Shown here: positions 1 to 6,651 of the stretch, in pieces
How the letters are laid out: each line of letters opens with the position of its first letter
How positions within the stretch are numbered: position 1 is the first letter of the stretch
NCBI GenBank assembly: GCA_043228905.1
Contig: JBHGNT010001268.1
Location: forward strand, 1 to 10,537
From: Azolla caroliniana
Lineage: Eukaryota > Plantae > Polypodiophyta
DNA: 10,537 nt
Reading direction: 5' to 3'
The notes under the pieces: model-generated
The model's input: only the letters and a program-made list of their open reading frames with translations
Database searches by the model: none
What the model was told of the DNA's origin: nothing
Translations under genes and position numbers: made by a program

Positions 1-101
1 CAGATAGTAAAGCAAGGAATGCAAATTAAGTTTAAGCAAAGTGGGTGCTTTATAGAGAACCATGGAAAGCTTATTGCAAAAAGAAAACGCCAAGGAAGAA
101 T
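1..101 (+). pseudogene. Copia polyprotein fragment between protease and the GAG-pre-integrase region
   Basis: Frame 1 reads QIVKQGMQIKFKQSGCFIENHGKLIAKRKRQGR. It joins in frame to MFVLDV (664) when 102-665 is removed. Confidence 0.85.
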
Positions 102-325
102 TGTCACGGACACACCAAGTGCGGACTAAGACGGAGCACGGATGATGAGGCTACGACGGAGCGATGACATAATGACACAGGAGCATAAAGATAGAGATGA
201 AGATTAAGGAGAGAAGATGGGCGAAACGAGAATACTAGATTGATATGTCCATGATTGGCGTTGAATCCCCTGAAAGGGACCAAGGATGTTACAAGTATTT
301 TATACATGTTCCAAGATTGAATATC

Positions 326-414
326 TCTACAATATACTCGAGAAATATCTCTAGAATATAGTCGTCTAGAATATGCCATACAATATTTCTAGAATATACT
401 AACGACTAGAGTAT
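326..414. repeat. Clustered TCTAGAATAT motifs in the LTR-A U3
   Basis: Exact copies at 350-359, 365-374 and 388-397. Variants TCTACAATAT at 326-335 and ACTAGAGTAT at 405-414. Confidence 0.8.
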
Positions 415-480
415 TATCAATCAATTCTGAAATGTATTATATGCTAGACTATAGAATACTAAACCATTATATACAAATGC

Positions 481-550
481 ATGCTCATATCAAAATGGTT
501 GAGCATGACATCTTCTTGATGTGAGGTTGTAGGTTCAATACTCACCAACT
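481..550 (+). promoter_or_regulatory. Degenerate tRNA-derived segment / Pol III type-2 promoter inside LTR-A
   Basis: A-box-like TATCAAAATGG (488-498, 1 mismatch to TRGYNNARNNG), stem ACATC-ttctt-GATGT (508-522), a GAGGTTGTA variable-loop/T-arm-like stretch, and B-box-like GGTTCAATAC (532-541). A-to-B start spacing is 44 nt, as in tRNAs. Confidence 0.55.
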
Positions 551-558
551 ATGTATTT

Positions 559-663
559 CATGTCACTGTGTCATGACATTATCCTCCCCTTTACGGTTGC
601 TTTTCCGAAATCGTGGTGTAGGGGTGAGCAGGAAGTGGAGCATGTCATTGTGTCATGACATTA
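559..663. repeat. 23-bp direct repeat (559-581 and 641-663): duplicated LTR-A terminus
   Basis: CATGTCACTGTGTCATGACATTA versus CATGTCATTGTGTCATGACATTA, 22/23 identical. Both contain the palindrome TGTCATGACA. Confidence 0.9.
579..592 (-). promoter_or_regulatory. Polypurine tract (PPT) of the LTR-A element
   Basis: Minus-strand AAAGGGGAGGATAA directly abuts the TG that starts the LTR at 578. Confidence 0.75.
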
Positions 664-1620
664 ATGTTTGTGCTAGATGTGGATATGCCTAAAAAGATTA
701 CAACCATGTTTGCAGAAGGAATGAGTGTAATCTCAGATGTGGAAATGTGGCGTAAAAGAATCGGTCACATAAGTATGCAAACCTTGAAAAATATGTTGAG
801 GAAAAATGCAGTGGTTGGATTGCCTAAGTTGAAAGATTGTGAGATGAGCAAAATATGTGAAGCATGCCAATATGGAAAGCAAAACAGGTTGCCTTTCCTT
901 GATAAAAGACATGCAACCAAAAATTTGTTGGATTTGGTATATACAAATGTATGGGGACCAACAAAAAATGCATCAATTAGTGGTTGCAGGTTCCATGTAA
1001 CTTTTATTGATGATTGCTCAAGGAAAACATGGGTTTACTTCATGAAAGAGAAAAGTGAAGTATTTGATTGCTTTCGTAAGTTCAAATGCATGGTAGAAAA
1101 GCAAGTTGGAACTAGAATAAAATGTTTAAGATTTGATGGAGGAGGAAAATACTTCTCAAATGAGTTTTCTGATTTTCTATGCAATCAAGGAATAAGGAGA
1201 CAATTTACATGTAGATATACCCCACAACAAAATGGAGTTGCTGAGAGAAAAAACAGAACTCTGGTGAACATAGCAAGAGCCATGATGATTGAAAAAAATA
1301 TGCCATTGTATTACTGGGTAGAAGTTGTAAACACAACAAACTTTATTCTAAATAGATGTATAACATCTGGAGTACATGAAGTAACTCCTGAAGAATGTTT
1401 ATATGGAAGGAAACCTAGTTTAGGACACTTACAAGTGTTTGGATGCAAGGCAGGTACCTACTTAAGTGAGAAGTAAGCTTGATCCAAAAGCTGAAAAATG
1501 TATTTTTGTTGGATATTTAGAGGAACAAAAAGGGTATAGATGCTATAACCCTTTGACAGAGAAGATTGTGGTAAGTCGGGATGTAATATTTGATGAGTTG
1601 GGCAGCTGGTACAACCCAAA
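664..1620 (+). pseudogene. Copia GAG-pre-integrase + integrase (rve) + GKGY/SH3 region, inactivated
   Basis: ORF 655-1476 then 1466 onward. The first His of HHCC is R (WRKRIGH). The first catalytic Asp is N (YTNVWG, AAT 946-948). A small deletion/frameshift and a TAA lie at about 1453-1465. The right boundary is approximate. Confidence 0.9.
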
Positions 1621-2071
1621 ACAAAATGTAGAAACTGATGAAGACAAGGATAAATCTGAAAATGTAAGAGATAACCACAGAGATGGAAACAATGTTGGAC
1701 AACAAAGTTCAACATCAATAGAATGTACAGGACCATTAAAAAACTTTGGTAGTAAATTTGATTCAAATGCATGGAGTAGAAAACATTCAGGACATAAAAA
1801 ATATGATGATAAAAAGGGAAAACAGAAAATGCCAGAATATGAAATGCTTGATGATGGGTCTAGAAACATGGAAGATGTAGATTCAGATACATCATTGGAT
1901 AATGAGCTTGGTATAGGAGCCTTGAAAATCCTTGGTATGGAAAAGGCAATGAAAGATGCAAGTCAAAAATTGAGAAGATCATATAGAGAGAAAAAAACAG
2001 TTGAAAGATTTGGTTATGATACATACATGGCTATGCATTATGCATATATGTCTAAAGTGGTACAAATCCTT

Positions 2072-2536
2072 GATCCAAATAATTTTGATGAAGCAAAATC
2101 TGATAAGAAATGGGTGAATGCAATGCAAGAAGAAATAGATGCATTGGCTGAAAACAAAACATGGGATTTAGTGAAGTTACAAAAAGGAAAAAATTGTTGT
2201 AGGTTGCAAATGGGTCTACAAAACAAAGCATGATTCAAATGGGAATGTAAGTAGACATAAAGAAAGACTTGTGGCAAAGGGATATGCTTGAATTGATTAT
2301 GATGAAACTTTTGCACCGGTTGCAAAGATGGCAACATTGAGGACACTACTTGTTGTGAGTGCAGCCAAAAGATGATTTCTGCACCATATAGATGTAAAAA
2401 ATGCTTTTTTACATGGAAACTTGGAAGAAGAAGTGTATATGTGTCAACCACTAGGTTTTGAAGATAAGAAGCATCCAGAATATGTTTGTAAGCTGAAAAA
2501 GGCCCTCAATGGACTGAAACAAGCACCGAGAGCATG
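2072..2536 (+). pseudogene. Copia reverse transcriptase (RVT_2 type), N-terminal half, frameshifted and truncated
   Basis: DPNNFDEA..WVNAMQEEIDAL..NKTWDLV, then a frameshift near the A-run at about 2188-2193. It continues [62 protein letters not shown] and is cut within the following Trp codon. Confidence 0.92.
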
Positions 2537-2969
2537 TGTTACCGGCCGGCAAAGGAGTCCAGAGTGTGAAACGGGGAGTTATTTAATTATTAGGAATGGT
2601 TGTAAGTAAGCTATGAGTGTGGACGGACGGACCGGAATCGGTATGCCGTTCTGGATCCGGACCGATCCCGAACAGGTGCGGATGGCACCGTTTTGTACTA
2701 CATACCGGAAACCTATTTAAAGGCCCGGATACAATGTAATGAGCATCGGTTAATTAATAAAGCTTAGTGTTTTTATCTCTCTGTGTTAATTGCCGTTCTG
2801 CATTCATTGTTATATCTTACGTGTGTGATTATTAAGGACGATCTTACTAAGTAGCCTAATTAAGTCAGATTAATCGTTGATTTTAATCCTCTTGCCGTAA
2901 CACCCCTTTGGTGAAGTATCTTCCGTAGACACCCTGTGTTAGGCCATTGTCCGGCCCTAAGAATTAACA
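2537..2969 (+). repeat. 5' LTR of the gypsy element (~433 bp)
   Basis: Starts TGTTA exactly where copia homology stops and ends TAACA (2965-2969; CA at 2970-2971 is an alternative end) just before the PBS. TATTTAAA at 2714-2721 and AATAAA at 2756-2761. The partner LTR is not in the window. Confidence 0.8.
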
Positions 2970-2976
2970 CAGTTTT

Positions 2977-2987
2977 TGGCGACCACG
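2977..2987 (+). promoter_or_regulatory. Primer binding site, probably tRNA-Arg
   Basis: TGGCGACCACG is complementary to a tRNA 3' end ...GTGGTCG-CCA, as I recall for tRNA-Arg(TCG). A short T-rich spacer separates it from the LTR end. Confidence 0.7.
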
Positions 2988-3439
2988 ATTCTTGTTTTTA
3001 CAGCGAACGACGACACGGATGGATGACTAGATCAACGCACGACCTGGTTACAGATCGAACTCGACGCCTTGCCGAAAGGCAAAGGAGACATGAGGCTTTC
3101 CAGCAAGCGGCGTAGGAAATTAGAGCGGATCGCTCGTTTTCCAACGTAATCCGGAGAGTAGCGGAGGACTCCCTCTGGTTATAGCAAACATCGCACCCGG
3201 ATGACGACAACAGCCTAAGCAGCCTTCGGGAAACCGAATCCCTTCTCCAGGCGTTGGCAAACGGAGAAGGCGAAGCAGAAGCCTTTTCAGCGTATGAATC
3301 GGATTCTGAAGGGGAATACAACGTGCTCACGAACTACCGTAGCAACAATGAAACCCCGGGCGGACCGGAGGACGAAGGATCAGACACCTTACCGACACCG
3401 GAACCGGAAGTGCTAAGGTTGGAACCTCCGGAACCAGCA

Positions 3440-3583
3440 GAGGAAGAGCGACCTCCGACATCGGAAGTCGAAGAGGAGAGGCCTCCATCACCAAAAGAAG
3501 AGGAAAGACCACCGATGCCGGAAACAAATCAGGAAAGACCACCGACGCCGGAGAAAAACCAGGAACGACCACCAACACTGCCA
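3440..3583 (+). repeat. Coding tandem repeat, 5 copies of 27-30 bp, (E/N)(E/Q)ERPPxxx
   Basis: EEERPPTSEV EEERPPSPK EEERPPMPET NQERPPTPEK NQERPPTLP. Confidence 0.9.
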
Positions 3584-4402
3584 GCCCGCGCATCAATACC
3601 GGATGACGACATGCCGTTCCAGTACTCCAAGTATAGAGATGATCCGGACGCGGAAGCTCATGTTCACGCCTTTGAACAGACATGGGAAGCAAACCATGTG
3701 TCCTAGCGATTGACCCCGGAGGAAGAGGAACGCTCTAAGATAGCGGAATTTGGCGTCACATTGGAAGGACCGGCAGCGAGATGGCGCCGGACGTAGGACC
3801 CGTCTACCATCACCACCTTCGCAGATTTAAAAGCTAAATTCTTGCATTTTTTCCAAAAGGAGGTGGACCAGACAGTAATGGTGGGCTTGTTTTATACCAT
3901 TTGACAGGAGGCAGGGGAGAGCATTCCCCAGTTTGTCATCCGGTTTCAACGGATGCATAGTCAACTTGCCCGCACACCCCCGGAGGAGGAATTACAGACT
4001 ATATTTCTGAATGCGCTCCGGGAACCCCTACGCACGGTGTGCACAGTAATTGACTTCCGCGCAAGTACCATTGACCAGGTCATTGACCGAGTGAGAGAGA
4101 TGGAAAAGACAAGCTCCTGGCTCACACTAGGAGCACTCCAACGGGCGTTACCGTCCGATGAAGACCTCCGGTTTCGGCAAGCAATACAGTGCACAACCTG
4201 CTTGAATTCCGGACACTCGGCACTAGAATGCACTATGAGGACGCAATGTGTAATCTGTCAATCCAAGGGCCATACGACGGATAGGTGCGAGTATAATCTA
4301 TTGAACCAGCAAGCACTGCCCGTCCGACAAATAGAGCCACGCAGCAGCCGGGATGAAGAAGAGGAATGCTAGCGGCGAATGGACCGCGACCGACCGGCAC
4401 AG

Positions 4403-4461
4403 GATGTCCGGTATGGTGATCGACGGGAGAATGATGTCCGGTACGGTGATCGGCGGGATAA
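4403..4461 (+). repeat. 30-bp tandem duplication in gag (DVRYGDRR x2)
   Basis: GATGTCCGGTATGGTGATCGACGGGA at 4403 and GATGTCCGGTACGGTGATCGGCGGGA at 4433. Confidence 0.9.
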
Positions 4462-4964
4462 CTATGACCGGCATGATAGATATAATCGGTACCAGGATTA
4501 CAATAGACGATACAAACATTACGACCGGGAGCACTCCCCCGGGTATCGTCAGCAACGGGAGGAATACGGCAGATATAACGAGCAACCTCGTCAAGAGTAC
4601 CGCAATAAGAAGAACTATAACAAAAAACGGCATTTCAAAAAAGGCGGCTACCCACAGGATCCAGAACAAGGAGCTTCAAGCAGCCAACCGGCCCAAAACC
4701 CCGCGCTTACCACGAGACCTGCCTCGGATACAACAGACAATGCCGAATCCAGCAATACCCGGAAAGCCTACTGCTACTACTGCCGACAGGAAGGCCATTA
4801 TAGTAATCAATGCCCGGTGAAGAGCTATGACAAACGACTGGTAGTAAATATGGTAGTCCCTGAAGTGGCAGATTTGCAGCAGGTGACCACAAGGTCGAAG
4901 GGCATGGCCAAGGAATGGGAGACGCAGGAGACCATCCGGAAGCAAGCGACGGAATGGGTGAAGA

Positions 4965-5855
4965 AAAGAGCAAAATGTCATAGACTTACAACGGCAAAAG
5001 GAGAACACCGTAGGGCTTGCCGGCGGCAGTCACTCCGAGAACGAGACATGGTAGGCGGTGCAAGAATGCCAGATTACGCTGCCACTAGGAAGACTCCTAC
5101 AGCTCGTGCCAAGATTCACGGAAGGATTGAAGATAGCCATGACGGAAGGAGAATCATCACCGGCACCGGTACTCTTCTCGAATTCGGAGGAGGGACCAAT
5201 GGTGGTGGACACCAGCAGTCCGGTAATTACTGCCATTATAAAAGGGAAAGAACTCCCCGGCACAGTAATAGACGGAGGCTCCGGGGTGAATGTAATAAGC
5301 CTCCGGACGTGTGATGACCTAGGAATCCATGAGTGGGAGCCGTGTCCGTTCTGGTTACGGATGGCCGATACAAGCTCAATGCGGCCAACAGGATTAATAC
5401 GAAAATTAGAAGTCACTGTTGGCGGTCACACATTTCACATCTCGGCAGTAGTGCTACAATTACATGCACAAGGCGCATACCCGCTATTGCTGGGGCGGCC
5501 GTGGTTGAAAACGACACATATCAAGCAGAATTGGAGGAAAAATATAATTACCTTCCGGCGAGGAAAAGCCAAGGTACGGGTACCAACATAGCCAAGGACG
5601 AGCACTGGCAAGGAATGTACACCGTTGTATGCAGAGCGCGTCAACATGCTAGAAGGGTTAGCTGACGAAGAAGAAGCTCAGTATTTGCAGGAAAACCCGA
5701 AGATCGTACCCCTCTTCGAAATTGACATTGCCGAAGCAGTAGCACCATACGTACCGCAACCGGAAGAGACTGAAGCAGAACCGGATAAAGACGCAATCCG
5801 AGAGTTACGGCAAGCGCAGGAAGCGTTGGAACGGGAAATGGCCATTTCACAGCGC
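4965..5855 (+). pseudogene. pol: pol part 1: aspartic protease and linker
   Basis: VIDGGSGVNVIS active-site motif (Asp at 5271-5273), LRMAD and LLLGRPWL. Stops at 5052 and 5589. Rejoins part 2 in frame after removing 5856-6651. Confidence 0.9.
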
Positions 5856-5981
5856 TGTCGTGCCTTTCGGCTCCGGATCGTTGCGTGAGTCGGGTGGGAA
5901 CCGCCGAGGTTTTGGACTAGGAGAAAGAAGAATATGAGATGAGGCTAGTAATGAATAGATTATTAGAAAGAGAGATAGAAA

Positions 5982-6117
5982 TTTCGTGAATCCCACGAGT
6001 GTATTGTATTCGATTAATCAATATTTAGATAAGAATATGTATTTAGATTGAAAGAAAGATATAAGAAACTTGTGAATCCCACAAGTATAGATTATATTAT
6101 TTTCGTGAATCCCACGA
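5982..6117. repeat. Three copies of the quasi-palindrome TYGTG-AATCC-CACRA in LTR-B
   Basis: TTTCGTGAATCCCACGA at 5982-5998 and 6101-6117; TTGTGAATCCCACAA at 6070-6084. Confidence 0.9.
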
Positions 6118-6256
6118 TTATATTAATCGGTTGGTGTTTTCGGAAATATATCCAATTTCCAAATATTTCACACACCTATTACATTGTGCTCCCCATCCTT
6201 ATGTAGTGATGGGAGAGACTAAGCATAGCTACATGCTTTTTTTTTTCTAATATGTT

Positions 6257-6402
6257 CATGCACACTAAATGTGCATGTGATGCTTTCTTAATCCTTGCTT
6301 TTATTTGCTAAATATAGTGCTCATGCACGCTAGATGTGCATGAGTCACTTTTTAGTTGCTTGCGTTTTTCTATAAAATATTCACGCACTCTAAAAATGCA
6401 TG
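6257..6402. repeat. Three copies of a 21-bp CATGCA..TGCATG inverted-repeat motif in LTR-B
   Basis: CATGCACACTAAATGTGCATG at 6257-6277, CATGCACGCTAGATGTGCATG at 6322-6342 and CACGCACTCTAAAAATGCATG at 6382-6402. Confidence 0.85.
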
Positions 6403-6473
6403 ATTTACCTTTTAATAAAGGTAGGCGCAAATAAAGAACTTATAGTTATTAAATCTATTTGTAGAACACTAAA

Positions 6474-6546
6474 GATAAGGTAGCATAATGGTAAAATTGA
6501 GGTTTGGCTATGTGGAGGTATAGGGTTCGAATCTTGCCCTATGCAC
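6474..6546 (+). promoter_or_regulatory. tRNA-derived segment / Pol III type-2 promoter inside LTR-B
   Basis: A box TAGCATAATGG (6481-6491) fits TRGYNNARNNG. A GGAGGT variable-loop-like stretch precedes B box GGTTCGAATC (6524-6533). Spacing is 43 nt. A T5 run lies at 6556-6560. The cloverleaf is degenerate, so this is not a functional tRNA. Confidence 0.7.
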
Positions 6547-6651
6547 GTGATAAATATTTTGATATTCTTATTTTATTTATTTATATGTAATTAAATCGTT
6601 TATATTATTTTTACTTTTTCACGTAGTGTACGAAATACACTACGACAGCGC

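Larger units (their letters stand above)
102..578 (-). mobile_element. LTR (3' LTR of a collapsed element, 'LTR-A'), antisense to the host copia
   Basis: The minus strand reads TGTCATGACA...CCGTGACA (TG..CA, imperfect terminal inverted repeat TGTCAYG). A polypurine tract immediately precedes it. It has a TATAAAA (298-304, minus) followed by TGTAAC and a pyrimidine-rich U5-like segment. It interrupts the copia reading frame. Confidence 0.8.
1..2536 (+). mobile_element. Decayed Ty1/copia LTR retrotransposon, internal pol region (runs off the left edge; truncated at 2536 by a gypsy insertion)
   Basis: Domain order is pre-integrase, integrase, RT, which is the copia order. Motifs: [107 protein letters not shown]. 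Confidence 0.95.
3023..4970 (+). pseudogene. gag: gag (acidic/Pro-rich N-terminus, Retrotrans_gag-like capsid, three CCHC zinc knuckles) with 6 in-frame stops
   Basis: One frame from ATG 3023 (MTRSTHDL..) links track ORFs 3254, 3953 and 4379. Capsid-like motifs: KYRDDPDAEAHVHAFE, TLEGPAARW, F.DLKAKFL..F, Q..GESI..F..RF. CCHC knuckles at 4190-4231, 4247-4288 and 4772-4813, then VTTRS. Stops at 3113, 3182, 3704, 3794, 3902 and 4370. Confidence 0.88.
5856..6647 (-). mobile_element. Solo LTR ('LTR-B', 792 bp) inserted in the gypsy pol
   Basis: TGTCGT...ACGACA 6-bp terminal inverted repeat, flanked by GCGC (5852-5855 and 6648-6651). It is AT-rich. Removal restores AISQR-VKASQLEEVNLG. Orientation is inferred from minus-strand CTACATAAGG...AATGTAA (TATA-like region, about 6178-6207) and a pyrimidine-rich U5-like end. 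Confidence 0.85.

Noticed and set aside
104-379. 91-aa minus-strand ORF
   Set aside because: It lies wholly within LTR-A across the TATA/U5 region and has no recognisable motif.
2895-2902. CCGTAACA as the end of the gypsy 5' LTR (good inverted match to TGTTACCGG)
   Set aside because: No PBS follows it. The PBS is at 2977, next to TAACA 2965-2969. The 3' LTR is needed to settle this.
4971-5314. C-terminal part of track ORF 4379-5314 as real protein
   Set aside because: It is out-of-frame read-through after the frameshift; the protease motifs are in another frame.
5982-6117. CRISPR-like appearance of spaced palindromic repeats
   Set aside because: Only three 15-17 bp units with irregular spacers, inside a eukaryotic LTR and with no cas genes.
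6474-6546. Functional tRNA gene
   Set aside because: The acceptor, anticodon and T stems pair poorly and only the A and B boxes remain clear. The same applies to 481-550.
5856-6647. MITE/DNA transposon interpretation of the insertion
   Set aside because: The terminal inverted repeat is only 6 bp with TG..CA ends and an LTR-like internal layout. A solo LTR fits better, though no parent element is visible here.
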